This document shows, piece by piece, positions 20,501-28,695 of a stretch of 64,000 nt of DNA. The notes below the pieces were generated by a model. It saw nothing but the letters and a program-made list of their open reading frames with translations. It was not told where the DNA came from and did not search any database. The stretch lies in IMG/VR virus record IMGVR_UViG_3300047157_000152, positions 3,725 through 67,724 of that record; one strand, written 5' to 3'. Numbering within the stretch: the stretch's first letter is position 1; each line of letters opens with the position of its first letter. Both the position numbers and the translations under genes were made by a program. This stretch comes from a virus.

Positions 20501-21508
20501 ACCGGGATCGGGACGACTTCGCCTGGAAGAGGTTTAACTATTGACAAAAGTAATGCAAACGCTGCGTTAGAAATAATAAAAAAGAACACGACTAATCAAA
20601 TTGTTTATTTAGGTACTGGTTCCAGTGGAGGAACTGATGACCCTCTTTTACGAATGTTCCATAATACCACAGAAAATATTAGATTATATACAACTGGTGA
20701 TAGTTGGATTAATGGAGGCAACGTCGGGATCGGAACGACCCATCCTGACTCTAAATTAGAAGTTATAACATCTGGTGCAAATAGTGTTTTAGAATTAGAT
20801 AATTCAAACACTAATTACACTGTAATTCAATATAACGCTAGTGGTGCGACAAAAGGATTTTCTGGATTTAATGCAGGATTTATGCTTTTCGGTGGGGAAG
20901 CTGGAACTACCCTAAGATTACAATCTGGTGGCTCTTATGCTGCTACGATTTTGGAAAATGGTAATTTTGGAATCGGAACGACTTCGCCTTTGAGTACATT
21001 AGATTTAGGAATTAATGGTGGACAAAAGTTTTATGTATATGCTAATGGTAGTATTAGGTCAGGAATGGGTATTGATTTGTCTGGAAGCTCAAGAGAGTTA
21101 AGTATATTCCATACTAGTTCAAATAATATTGATGGTGATATAAGTTTAGGTTTAAGAAACGAAACATCAGGCCAATATGTTGAAAGAATGAGAGTGCAAG
21201 GTAACGGAAACGTAGGGATCGGAACGACTGGGCCAGTTAATAAATTAGGAATACAAGTTGCAGCAAATTCAAACACAAAAGCAATTAATATATACAGCCT
21301 AAATACAAGTCCTAATTCTTATACAAGTATTGGTTCGCAGTATTCAATTTCTAATACTTATGTTGAATCAGAAATAAGGTTTGGAAATGAAACACAAAGC
21401 GGAGGGGGTTCTTATTTAGGTTTTGTTGCGGGTGGGTCAAATTCGGGTAATACAGAAAAAATGCGTATTACAAGCGCAGGCAACGTCGGGATCGGAGAGA
21501 CTTCACCT
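12407..21508 (+). repeat. Dispersed GC-rich DNA repeat GGCAACGTCGGGATCGGRACGACTTCGCCT in two tail-fibre genes
   Basis: Copies start at 12656, 13073, 13319, 13529, 13724, 14009, 19304, 19577, 20495, 20717, 20960, 21206, 21479 (weaker at 12407, 12911). Confidence 0.85.
14560..18843 (+). CDS. Tail fibre with C-terminal peptidase S74-type intramolecular chaperone (1427 aa)
   Basis: SDYRLKENI...I..LKP..FNF...GFIAHEVQ...PEA.....LVPLLVAAVQEL..RV..LE. Confidence 0.88.
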   Translation: MASLSNINGIFDVHSTGAILFSTSHGTSGQILKSNGNAAPTWVAASTVIGGPYLPLTGGTLTGNLAISASNSLTVNGQFNINGTGNWSFRTVSGGNLILKDESNNADRVDFHTDGQVEILAAGSRFYPSIIFNNDINTGIYHAASDTLGFSGGGNELMTLNYSNGIKLSQYGSGSYTGTTAYNLAVDSSGNIIETTDGGGDITGSGTTNTVAKFTGAKAIGNGPITFATNNSTFAGTVQTTGVKTPYIESAATNQSLFLYANGSGHIYFGDSTNGTNLYHYSNSNDGKYTSYGFDGNYYTISTTATSGVKINDPLLVIGSATITNTGANPTITLIENSGGTQNAKIEFDQAGENQLYITTNYVSPSDSNRILLQPGTYPALIASGGANGAINTKVEISGTLLANRNIQTPNSDLSTGSNPTNFGIYTSEIRLIDTPNGGLQKCRVITDNYGEWILVGRYAASAMSAIQNTWSSVSGLSLDTTQSATTQFSADFGDSYPTEVRIMGATDFTKWRDNRTIDFIYGVPEGRAWKYFFSGGAENGMTFVGPNHSGNNKYGWNINGSYDGFGRWVNTTQTSVGMSDSNVTNPSAAYTTATTNAFNWHPASDAKMTVSATRTFSGQDSYETAGFGKDDANQGFFDEYPNEVTNMQGGIDFSSAVWVLIKLPTAISSGSGGGSGNQWAGGPTTIHNTNTGSVGIGTFNPSVTGKGLQIQNIGNDTTASLKLTGHNNTGTPGAATSTELKHIGDSLKFAINHAGTDALTIGSSASTIGFTLSNTTELGTYPTGAVKRIRMAQGGEIHFGDTTTTAPLGVTEGEWNNFADQDSLGIYSRNHFSVYSYGGTYTNPKLRIDDAGSYFQGSNFGIGVTNPTSGNLVLPQEESNQFKIAFTGASSSSGISTVDQSGSGLYIGANSRVNNSGVITYHDSALDSSGIYFDGWNGNDMEFYTALSGTPQKRMVIDAYGRVNIYQQLCVGSTTAPTNEKLLVQSGLGNGSEIWRFGTSGRYTFTGHKFFNSITGTATSDGWYTIGNVGDSSSVIINIMTAAHSSATILASRGYGPSNVARIQVLSSTKNANGGYANIKAVRINAGGLIDMQLYWNSGPNVSVHLAYYGLGCDMPTTLALSVGGTGVYPYNIMDTATFRNTAASARVAGELDVASQVHASSNINVYSTSKIYFNATTNSDQYIGAISNNDLDIAAGDDINYRSNFSRFFSGTTEHARISGLNNQNNWIANATGGKLGVGNASPQTTLHTGPTTTITNVFTARFAASNFFASGGNSMFYVPDTAANIMMFGSNQFGTNQIEFYHKNPGTSQAYVGRISTSGSATSYVTSSDYRLKENIIPLSDSISRINQLKPSRFNFIEEPGKVVDGFIAHEVQDIVPEAIVGEKDEVDEEGGIIPQGIDQAKLVPLLVAAVQELEARVKELENK

Positions 21509-21928
21509 ACTGGTAAACTTCACGTGAAAGATGGTAGTGTTAATGCATTGTTTGTTACAAGTACAACTTGTGGTAATGTTGGTATAAAAACAACCTCACC
21601 AAATGCAAGTTTAGTTGTTAAAGGAAATGTTAGTTATAGTTATAATAACTATAGCTCTGTAGCAAATACTTGGTCAAACGCATTAAACTTTAGTGGTTAT
21701 CCAGCTGGATTATATCAAATTAATATATGTAAGCAAAGTAACGCAAGCGCATATATAATAGCTCAAATAAAGTGGAGCGGAACTGCTGGTACAGTTATTA
21801 ATACTGTAACTTCTTTTCAATATGGCATTACATTTAGTGGTACACAATTACAATCAATAATAAATACAACAACAGCAAGCTCAATAAGTGCACAATGTTT
21901 AGTGACATACGAACTTGCGTGTGTATAA
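18845..21928 (+). CDS. Modular tail fibre with GNVGIGTTSP repeats (1027 aa)
   Basis: About eleven GNVGIG-type junctions; N-terminus related to the two previous genes. Confidence 0.8.
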   Translation: MALLTNINGKFSVSDAGAVRFNDAFTFPTVDGTANYVLKTNGSGQLAWAPDANTGTVTGSGTANTMPVWTSASALGNSIITQPSSANVRVSGSSVYFSVTDTSAAARNIDIGHWVAGQTNIESVGGILSIGTQSNHDIVFETNGSTKATILANGNVGIGTNSPSSKLQVSGDAYVTEEFGQGVAIANKVTTYGAEFRSSGASAQVFFGRSGNDIGSGAIGADSSYVFRVWKPTDFSQPFVIEQGGNVGIGTTSPDSKLDVKGPSATPADGNQTLSITNSTGGTQLNLGTAENSYGWIEAREGSTLRNLLINPNGGNVGISETSPDSTLTVGGNFTATTTKPTVSVSNMTSGGSLGIRGLSPILAFDKTAGGVPKILMDGGGLEFKNGTLDAQGDVHLKIDSSGNVIIGNSSVDNPNSLDKVLEIEHGGSVGVILNDSRDTPIGLENRGAVFHLTHNTNSRLVVDGASGKVGIGVTDPDAKLEIKGTGASTGLTFKTTDSSDNEIFYIKDGGVVGVRYYPFKIGVPSGTANVANTRFQIATTGGDFVVLNDGKTGIGTTSPGRGLTIDKSNANAALEIIKKNTTNQIVYLGTGSSGGTDDPLLRMFHNTTENIRLYTTGDSWINGGNVGIGTTHPDSKLEVITSGANSVLELDNSNTNYTVIQYNASGATKGFSGFNAGFMLFGGEAGTTLRLQSGGSYAATILENGNFGIGTTSPLSTLDLGINGGQKFYVYANGSIRSGMGIDLSGSSRELSIFHTSSNNIDGDISLGLRNETSGQYVERMRVQGNGNVGIGTTGPVNKLGIQVAANSNTKAINIYSLNTSPNSYTSIGSQYSISNTYVESEIRFGNETQSGGGSYLGFVAGGSNSGNTEKMRITSAGNVGIGETSPTGKLHVKDGSVNALFVTSTTCGNVGIKTTSPNASLVVKGNVSYSYNNYSSVANTWSNALNFSGYPAGLYQINICKQSNASAYIIAQIKWSGTAGTVINTVTSFQYGITFSGTQLQSIINTTTASSISAQCLVTYELACV

Positions 21929-21958
21929 TTAATAAATAAATAAATTAAAACAATAAAA

Positions 21959-22318
21959 ATGGCAATTACTTACAAATGGACAATTAACCAAATGAACGCT
22001 CATATCCAGGCTCAAGGTGAAGATAACGTAATCTTTACTGTTCATTGGACTTACTCAGGTTCTGAAGAATCTGGAGGAAAAACCTATTCAGCATCACAAA
22101 TAGGTGCTCAAGGTTTTCAATACACATCAGGAGATCCTTTTGTGCCTTATGAAGATACTGAAGCTTTTGAAGCTGTAGTAATTGGTTGGCTTGAGGGAGC
22201 ATTAGATGTACCTTCTATGTCAGCTAGTATTGAAGCTCAGATACAAGCAGAAATAACACCAGTAAATGAAGATTTATACTTCACATGGCAAAACCCACCT
22301 GTACCACCGGTTGAATAG
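21959..22318 (+). CDS. Small acidic tail-associated protein
   Basis: Y.WTI....VHW...FVPYE....VIGW type protein commonly found after marine phage fibre genes. Confidence 0.55.
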   Translation: MAITYKWTINQMNAHIQAQGEDNVIFTVHWTYSGSEESGGKTYSASQIGAQGFQYTSGDPFVPYEDTEAFEAVVIGWLEGALDVPSMSASIEAQIQAEITPVNEDLYFTWQNPPVPPVE

Positions 22319-22419
22319 TGTAAGTTTTGTAAAAAACAAGTGATAGTATAACTAAACCTATATTGCTAGCGAGGCAATATTAACCAAAAATAAAGTTTAA
22401 CCCTTAAAACCAAAACACG

Positions 22420-22719
22420 ATGACTTATTTTTATTCGTTGAGCTCAAGTATGGGCCAACCACAAACACCGCAGATTACCGAAGAAACTATTAAAATCTGG
22501 AAACATTTATCCAAAAAGAAACATTGGAGAATAGTACAGTTGCCTAATGGTTATTTTCAAACCGAACACCGTGACCTTGTAGAAAAAGACAAATGGTACG
22601 ATGTAACAAGACGTGAAACTATGGAAGCCGCAGAAACTGCAATTGATGGTAGTGTTGATCACTATGCAAAGAAAGTAGATTTCTTAAAAGGACCTAAAGT
22701 AGTTAAGACGTTTAAATAA
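22420..22719 (+). CDS. Hypothetical protein
   Basis: ORF track, 99 aa. Confidence 0.7.
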   Translation: MTYFYSLSSSMGQPQTPQITEETIKIWKHLSKKKHWRIVQLPNGYFQTEHRDLVEKDKWYDVTRRETMEAAETAIDGSVDHYAKKVDFLKGPKVVKTFK

Positions 22720-22751
22720 TATCAATCAATCAAATCAAATTAAATTAAATT

Positions 22752-24308
22752 ATGTCAAATGCAATTGTAAAGAATCTGAGCTTTGGTTCAGATGCTAAAG
22801 ATAATGTGTTTGCTGGTATTACAAAACTTACACAAGCTGTTAGCTCCACGTTAGGGGCTAGCGGCAAATGTGTTATTCTTGAAGATACTATAGGCAAGCC
22901 AATTATCACAAAAGATGGTGTAACAGTAGCAGAGTCTGTTATATTACGAGATCCAGTAGAAAACATGGGAGCAACTTTATTAAAAGAAGCTGCTAGAAAA
23001 ACTGTTAAAGAAGCTGGTGATGGTACAACAACCGCTACAGTGTTAGCACACTCTATCTTAGAAGAGGCTTATAAATTAGAAAACGAGCTTACATCAAGAG
23101 AAATTAAAAAAGGTATTTTATCTACAACTCAAAAAGTGATTGATCACTTACAGGCAAATTCTATACCTGTACAAGGAGATATGATAGATCAAGTAGCGAC
23201 AATATCAACAAACAATGACCCAGAGCTTGGTAAAATTATAGCTGATGCATTTAGGTCTGTCGGTAAAAATGGTGTTGTTGTTTTAGAACCAACTGAATTA
23301 TCAGATACTACTTTTGAATTAGTAGATGGTGTTCCATATAATAGAGGTTTAAAAAATATACATTTTGTAACAAACAAAGAGTCTAAAACTGCTGAACTAG
23401 ATAAACCTTTGGTTTTATTAGTTGAATCAGAAATAGAAAATATAAGAAAAATACAAAATGTTTTAGAACATGTTATTAAAAATAACAGGTCTTTGCTTAT
23501 TATAGCTGACGTTAGCCAACAAGTGTTATCAGCTTTAGCTATGAATAAAGTTAAAGGCAATATAAAAGTAAATGTAATAGACGCGCCTGTGTACGGTATA
23601 AGTAAGAAAGAAACATTAGATGATCTTTCAATATTAACAGGAGCTACAATTATAAACGAAGATTTAGGTGATGATATTGATTTAATAGGCCCTGAGCATT
23701 TAGGTGAAATTAAAAAAAGTGTCACTGAGCAAAACGAAACAGTTTTACATTTAATAGAAACAACTGAAGAAGTTAAGTCTATGATTAAAAAAATGGAAGA
23801 TGAATTAGTTGAGTGCACTGACCCTGTATTAACTGTTAAGTTAGAAAAAAGATTAGCTAGATTATCTGCTAAAGTAGCTATTGTAAAAGTAGGTGCTAAC
23901 TCTGAAGTTGAGTTGCAAGAAAAACAAGCTAGAGTTGAAGATGCTATATGTGCAACTAAAGCTGCTATCAAACAAGGTATAGTTCCTGGTGGTGGTATTG
24001 CTTTATTAAATGCGGCTAATGATATAGAAACTAGTAGTAAGTCTGAAGAAGCACTGCTAGAAGCTATTAAGGCGCCTTTTAAGACCATCTTACATAATGC
24101 AGGTATAGAACAATACGAAATGCCAAGTGTATCAGGAGATGGAATAAACGTGGTTACAGGAAATATGGTAAATATGATTGAGTTTGGGATTATAGATCCT
24201 TTACTCGTAACAAAAAGTGCATTAAACAATGCTGCTTCTGTTGCTACTACTATTTTGTCAACCGATTGTGTAATTAATAATCTTAGAATTGATGAAGGCA
24301 ATAGGTAG
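22752..24308 (+). CDS. groEL: Chaperonin GroEL (phage-encoded)
   Basis: ITKDGVTVA, AGDGTTTATVLA, GIVPGGG, GIIDP motifs; lacks GGM tail. Confidence 0.96.
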   Translation: MSNAIVKNLSFGSDAKDNVFAGITKLTQAVSSTLGASGKCVILEDTIGKPIITKDGVTVAESVILRDPVENMGATLLKEAARKTVKEAGDGTTTATVLAHSILEEAYKLENELTSREIKKGILSTTQKVIDHLQANSIPVQGDMIDQVATISTNNDPELGKIIADAFRSVGKNGVVVLEPTELSDTTFELVDGVPYNRGLKNIHFVTNKESKTAELDKPLVLLVESEIENIRKIQNVLEHVIKNNRSLLIIADVSQQVLSALAMNKVKGNIKVNVIDAPVYGISKKETLDDLSILTGATIINEDLGDDIDLIGPEHLGEIKKSVTEQNETVLHLIETTEEVKSMIKKMEDELVECTDPVLTVKLEKRLARLSAKVAIVKVGANSEVELQEKQARVEDAICATKAAIKQGIVPGGGIALLNAANDIETSSKSEEALLEAIKAPFKTILHNAGIEQYEMPSVSGDGINVVTGNMVNMIEFGIIDPLLVTKSALNNAASVATTILSTDCVINNLRIDEGNR

Positions 24309-24552
24309 AAACTTAGTGGTTAAAATAGCAAAAACTGGTATATCTAAAACTCAAGGTGGTTTACTATTAGGTGAAAAACAAAGAGAAGATATAAGATATG
24401 CTGAAGGAACCGTAGTAACAGCAGGAGCTGAAGCAGGTGGTTTAAAAACAGATGATGTAATTTATTTTGATAAAAATAACTCTCATCAAATAGAAGTAAA
24501 AGAAGAAATTTATAACGTAGTTAAAATTGACAACGTTGTAATTGTTTTATGA
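24289..24552 (+). CDS. groES: Co-chaperonin GroES
   Basis: KTQGGLLL mobile loop, GTVVTAG, D.IYF; overlaps groEL end. Confidence 0.85.
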   Translation: MMKAIGRNLVVKIAKTGISKTQGGLLLGEKQREDIRYAEGTVVTAGAEAGGLKTDDVIYFDKNNSHQIEVKEEIYNVVKIDNVVIVL

Positions 24553-24992
24553 GACTAGAACCCACAGATATAAGGGAATTAAATCTTTTAAAACATTACA
24601 GAATTATTAGAAAATGGGCTTGCAAGAATTATGATTTAAACGATGCAGACCTTGAATTACTTATATACTTCGATTGCATGGATCTTTTCACAAGAGAAGA
24701 TTTTAAAATCGGTACATATTCTTATAGTTGGGACAACAGACGCTGGAACAGATTACTTAAAGAAGGTTGGATAACGGTATGGAGAACACATAACCGTACA
24801 ACCCAAAAGTATAATATCTATAAAGTTTCCTTTAAGTGTAAACAACTAATAAGTCGAATGTACCGTATCATGCTTGGTACTGAGGATATACCTACAAGTG
24901 CACATCGAAACAAAATAATGAAGGGTAAAACCTATATGGATAAAGTTATGATTACATCCATTAATAATGTTAACAAAGATAAAAACCGATAA
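24549..24992 (+). CDS. Hypothetical protein, possibly winged-helix
   Basis: ORF track; L...DLELL.Y...RLLKEGWI pattern. Confidence 0.6.
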   Translation: MRLEPTDIRELNLLKHYRIIRKWACKNYDLNDADLELLIYFDCMDLFTREDFKIGTYSYSWDNRRWNRLLKEGWITVWRTHNRTTQKYNIYKVSFKCKQLISRMYRIMLGTEDIPTSAHRNKIMKGKTYMDKVMITSINNVNKDKNR

Positions 24993-24994
24993 TC

Positions 24995-25099
24995 ATGGGA
25001 AAAAAAGAAAAAAAAGTAGAGGTAAAAGAATTATCTCATATTGACAAAAAAATTGCTAAGTTAAAAGAAGTTATTAAGAAATTAGAAGCTAAAAAATAA
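24995..25099 (+). CDS. Small lysine-rich protein (34 aa)
   Basis: Manual translation MGKKEKKVEVKEL... Confidence 0.5.
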   Translation: MGKKEKKVEVKELSHIDKKIAKLKEVIKKLEAKK

Positions 25100-25103
25100 A
25101 GCT

Positions 25104-25955
25104 ATGATAAATCCTAATAAATTTGCTAATCAAAAAATACAAGAACTAGGTCAAAACCTTTTTCAAGGTGAAGAGTTTGCTCAGCAAATAGCTAACAAAC
25201 AATTAGACCAGCCAGTTCCACCTCCAGGTCCTTATGGTGATATAAACCCTATCATGAATAAGGAAAGTAGAGAGGCTAGAAGACAAGAGAGAAAAAACAT
25301 AAGAATGGCTAACAAAGCTTTACGTAGTTCTAGACGAGAAAGAGCTAAAGGTGTAAAAGAACAAGGTCAAGAAAATTATAGCTATGATGGTTATGAAAAA
25401 GGTAGATATAATAAAAAAGGTGATGATATAGAGTACGGTAAAACACCTAGATATTCTAAGAAAAACCCACCAAGCGCTACTTTATCAGGTGCTATTGCTG
25501 GGTTCTCTAATAGTGCTTTAAATCAAGATGATCCAAAAGTTAAAAAATCAGAAGCCCAAAAACTACCTTCAAAAAAAGGGAAAGACGTAAAATTAAGACC
25601 TGGTGTAAAGCCAAAAGAAGTTTATTCTGAAATGGTTGGATCAATAGGTAGTCCTCCTAGATTAAAAACTCCATTAAATCAAGGTAAAAAATCTAAGTAC
25701 AGAATGGTAAACGTTCAAGATTTAGAAGACATGGGAGCTGTAAAATCTGATAAAAAAGGCAAATATGTTGTTAATTCTGATGAAATGAAAACTGGAACAT
25801 CTAGAGATACATTAAGACTACCAAGAGGCGCTAAGCATTACACAGGTAGAGATTATAAAGTTGGAGAATTAATTGATGAAAGTGATTTTGAAGACTTTGC
25901 AGAACCTCACCATAACTTTAAACGAAATTTACAACAATACCAACAGTATAAATAA
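25104..25955 (+). CDS. Hypothetical basic low-complexity protein (possible capsid cargo)
   Basis: ORF track; SALNQ/TPLNQ motifs. Confidence 0.6.
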   Translation: MINPNKFANQKIQELGQNLFQGEEFAQQIANKQLDQPVPPPGPYGDINPIMNKESREARRQERKNIRMANKALRSSRRERAKGVKEQGQENYSYDGYEKGRYNKKGDDIEYGKTPRYSKKNPPSATLSGAIAGFSNSALNQDDPKVKKSEAQKLPSKKGKDVKLRPGVKPKEVYSEMVGSIGSPPRLKTPLNQGKKSKYRMVNVQDLEDMGAVKSDKKGKYVVNSDEMKTGTSRDTLRLPRGAKHYTGRDYKVGELIDESDFEDFAEPHHNFKRNLQQYQQYK

Positions 25956-25966
25956 AAAATAATATT

Positions 25967-26197
25967 ATGGCAAAAAACCCAGGACAGGTTGGTGCTAACG
26001 CAACGTGGGACGGACCTCACCAACCAACTAATTTAAAAGAAGGAAATCCAAAATATGGTATGGATCCAATGCAAGTGTTAAAAGATCCACTACCTTATAA
26101 AGCAGGACCAATATCTTCAATAGCTAAATCTAGGCTTGGAGGTGGTTGGCCTGACAGTATGGTTGCTGACAGATCTATAAATCCAACAGCAAAGTAA
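25967..26197 (+). CDS. Hypothetical protein
   Basis: ORF track. Confidence 0.6.
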   Translation: MAKNPGQVGANATWDGPHQPTNLKEGNPKYGMDPMQVLKDPLPYKAGPISSIAKSRLGGGWPDSMVADRSINPTAK

Positions 26198-26209
26198 AAA
26201 TTCACTAAA

Positions 26210-26674
26210 ATGAGTGATAGAATAAGTGAACACATCTCGCTTAAAGAAGGGATTAAATCTCACACAGCTACTAGGTTAAATATTGACAATATACCTAGAG
26301 AACTAGATTTAATTAACATGAAAACTATTGCGGAAAAAGTGTTTGAACCTCTACGTAAATGGGTGGGTGGTCCAATAGCTATTAATAGTTTCTATCGCTC
26401 GCCCAAATTAAATTCTGCTATTGGCGGAAGCACAACCTCACAGCATTGTATCGGTTGCGCACTTGACATAGACGATAACTACGGTTATAAGACAAATGCA
26501 GAGATGTATGATTATATTAAGAATAACTTAGATTATGATCAGATTATTTGGGAGTTTGGAACAGAAGATAATCCAGACTGGGTACATGTAAGCTATGTTT
26601 CAGAAGATATTAACAGAAGAAGATGTTTACAAGCATATAAAGAAAACGGTAAAACTAAATATAAAATAATATGA
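26210..26674 (+). CDS. Endolysin, peptidase M15 family
   Basis: INSFYRS..LN..IGG...SQH..G.A.D and WVHVSY zinc-ligand motifs. Confidence 0.88.
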   Translation: MSDRISEHISLKEGIKSHTATRLNIDNIPRELDLINMKTIAEKVFEPLRKWVGGPIAINSFYRSPKLNSAIGGSTTSQHCIGCALDIDDNYGYKTNAEMYDYIKNNLDYDQIIWEFGTEDNPDWVHVSYVSEDINRRRCLQAYKENGKTKYKII

Positions 26675-26799
26675 ACTCACCTTTTTTTAAAAAAATGATG
26701 AAAAACCCATGCTGGAAAGGGTATGAGGCTTATGGTATGAAAACTAAAAACGGTAGAAAAGTACCTAACTGTGTTCCTAAAAAGAAAAAGAAAAAGTAA
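26671..26799 (+). CDS. Small basic protein (CWKGY...KVPNCVP)
   Basis: Manual translation, 42 aa, overlaps both neighbours. Confidence 0.65.
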   Translation: MNSPFFKKMMKNPCWKGYEAYGMKTKNGRKVPNCVPKKKKKK

Positions 26800-27074
26800 T
26801 GGCTTTTAATTTACCAAACGGACCTTTAAATATGCGTAAAACTACGCAAGGTAAAGGTAGAACTTTTAGAAAATCAGAGGAAGGTGCTGGTATGACTGAG
26901 ACAGGTGTTAAACAATATAGAAGAGAAAACCCTGGAAGTAAATTAAAAACTGCAGTTACTGGTAAAGTTAAACCGGGAAGTAAAGCTGCTAAAAGAAGAA
27001 AATCATTCTGCGCTAGATCAAAAGGCTGGACCGGTGAAAGAGGTAAAGCTGCTAGAAGAAGGTGGAAATGTTAA
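26799..27074 (+). CDS. Small basic protein (RRKSFCAR...RW.C)
   Basis: ORF track; motif common in marine phage basic proteins. Confidence 0.7.
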   Translation: MAFNLPNGPLNMRKTTQGKGRTFRKSEEGAGMTETGVKQYRRENPGSKLKTAVTGKVKPGSKAAKRRKSFCARSKGWTGERGKAARRRWKC

Positions 27075-27094
27075 ATAAAAAAAAATAAAAAAAA

Positions 27095-27613
27095 ATGATT
27101 AGAAATTATTACACTGACTCTTATAAGTCTGGATTAGTCGTAACACCAAGTGATACGCTATTGCTAGATGGCAGAACGAAATCAACAACACCACAAGGTT
27201 CGTGGAAACAATATAACCTGTATATTGGTAATTCACCATCAATACTACCAGTTACAACAACTAGTGATAACACTGTTGTTTCAAACTCAGCTAACGTAGG
27301 TTTAGCTTCACCTAATGCAGAAATAAAAGCTGGCATGAGAGTAACAGGTGGTACGTTACCCGCGGCTGGTGTTTTAATAGCATCTGTAACAAACGCAAGT
27401 AATTATGTTTTAGCAACAGCTTCAAGTATAGCTGCTGATTCAACACTTACATATAGTTACGATACAGAAGCATCTATAAAAGTTCACACTGTTAATGATG
27501 AAGCAATAACATTTGTAAAACCTGCAGAAGGTTTTGTATTGCCAGTTAGTGTAGTTATGGTTTATGCTACAGGTACAGGTGGTGGTATTTCAGATCTAAT
27601 AGCTTTAAGTTAA
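27095..27613 (+). CDS. Putative virion structural protein
   Basis: ORF track; beta-rich, VTPSD and G.VLPV.V motifs. Confidence 0.6.
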   Translation: MIRNYYTDSYKSGLVVTPSDTLLLDGRTKSTTPQGSWKQYNLYIGNSPSILPVTTTSDNTVVSNSANVGLASPNAEIKAGMRVTGGTLPAAGVLIASVTNASNYVLATASSIAADSTLTYSYDTEASIKVHTVNDEAITFVKPAEGFVLPVSVVMVYATGTGGGISDLIALS

Positions 27614-27634
27614 ACAAATATAAAAAAAAATATT

Positions 27635-28135
27635 ATGCCAAACATTAGTAAAAAAACAGCTTACGACGTAAAAGAAGCAAGCAATCAGTCACTTTCTAAA
27701 AGTGCAAGAAAACATTATGCAGAAAATGCACAAGCTGCATCAAAAGATGACAGCCCTATGAGTAAATATGGTTCTCATAGCCCCATGAACATGGGAGGAT
27801 CATGGATGTCAAAACACTGTGGTCAATCAAGATTTGGAAGTCCTCTTAACCAAGGTGTCAAAGAAGAAGAAGCTGTTATGAAAAGCAGACAAGCAAATTA
27901 CGATGCTTTTGCTAAGAAAGGAAATGAGTTTAATAACAAAATTAAGAAATATCAAGCAGATGGTAATACTTTCACTGAAGAACAAGCTACACAGGTTAAC
28001 AGCAAATTACAAAAATTTAATAAAGACATTAATTTAAGAGCTGAAAGATTTAATAAATCAAGAGATTCTATTAACAAGGTTAGAACAAAAAGAGCAAATA
28101 TGTCAAACAGGGCTTTTAATGACTTAATTAGTTAA
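27635..28135 (+). CDS. Hypothetical basic protein with SPM/SPL repeats
   Basis: ORF track. Confidence 0.65.
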   Translation: MPNISKKTAYDVKEASNQSLSKSARKHYAENAQAASKDDSPMSKYGSHSPMNMGGSWMSKHCGQSRFGSPLNQGVKEEEAVMKSRQANYDAFAKKGNEFNNKIKKYQADGNTFTEEQATQVNSKLQKFNKDINLRAERFNKSRDSINKVRTKRANMSNRAFNDLIS

Positions 28136-28139
28136 TAAA

Positions 28140-28649
28140 ATGGGAAAATATAAACATAAAGGTATCGGGAGAAACATTTCTATTTCAGGTGGTAGGGAAA
28201 GAGCAGATTTATTTAAAGACATGTCTGGTGGATATAATGCTATGGGTGATTCTAATGATCCAAGCCCACTTTATAATTATGGTGGTAATTCTGTAGCAAA
28301 AAGATATTCTAAAGGTCCATTAGAATTAACAGCTGAGGGTAAGAAAAAAATATTAGCTAGTAGTGCAAACCCTGAGTTTAAATCAGCTATAGCTAAACAA
28401 CCTGTAGAAATGAAAGGATCACATTCACCTATGTACAAATCAAGCTGTACGAGTGGGGGAAGTTCTAGATCACCTTACAAAGCAATAGGAGATCCTAATA
28501 AGAAAATGGACAGATTATCTGCTAAACATAAAGCACTTTATGACCGTTTTGAAATGGGTCAAACCAGCGAGGCTGAAGAACAAAAAATGTACAGACTAGA
28601 AGATCGCATGGATAAAGTAGGTAAAAAAATAAAAAAGAAGAAAAAATAA
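28140..28649 (+). CDS. Hypothetical basic protein with SPL/SPM/SPY repeats
   Basis: ORF track. Confidence 0.65.
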   Translation: MGKYKHKGIGRNISISGGRERADLFKDMSGGYNAMGDSNDPSPLYNYGGNSVAKRYSKGPLELTAEGKKKILASSANPEFKSAIAKQPVEMKGSHSPMYKSSCTSGGSSRSPYKAIGDPNKKMDRLSAKHKALYDRFEMGQTSEAEEQKMYRLEDRMDKVGKKIKKKKK

Positions 28650-28695
28650 ATAACAACAAACAACAATCAATTAACAAAAAACAAAAACAATTATT

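Noticed and set aside
9146-21276. Many short antisense or alternative-frame ORFs within tail-fibre genes
   Set aside because: Fully nested in long coherent ORFs; typical shadow frames
12359-21928. Diversity-generating retroelement in tail fibres
   Set aside because: No reverse transcriptase in the window and no TR/VR pair differing only at adenines was seen
23189-24301. 370-aa antisense ORF inside groEL
   Set aside because: Shadow ORF from codon bias of the sense gene; S/I/L-rich with no recognisable motifs
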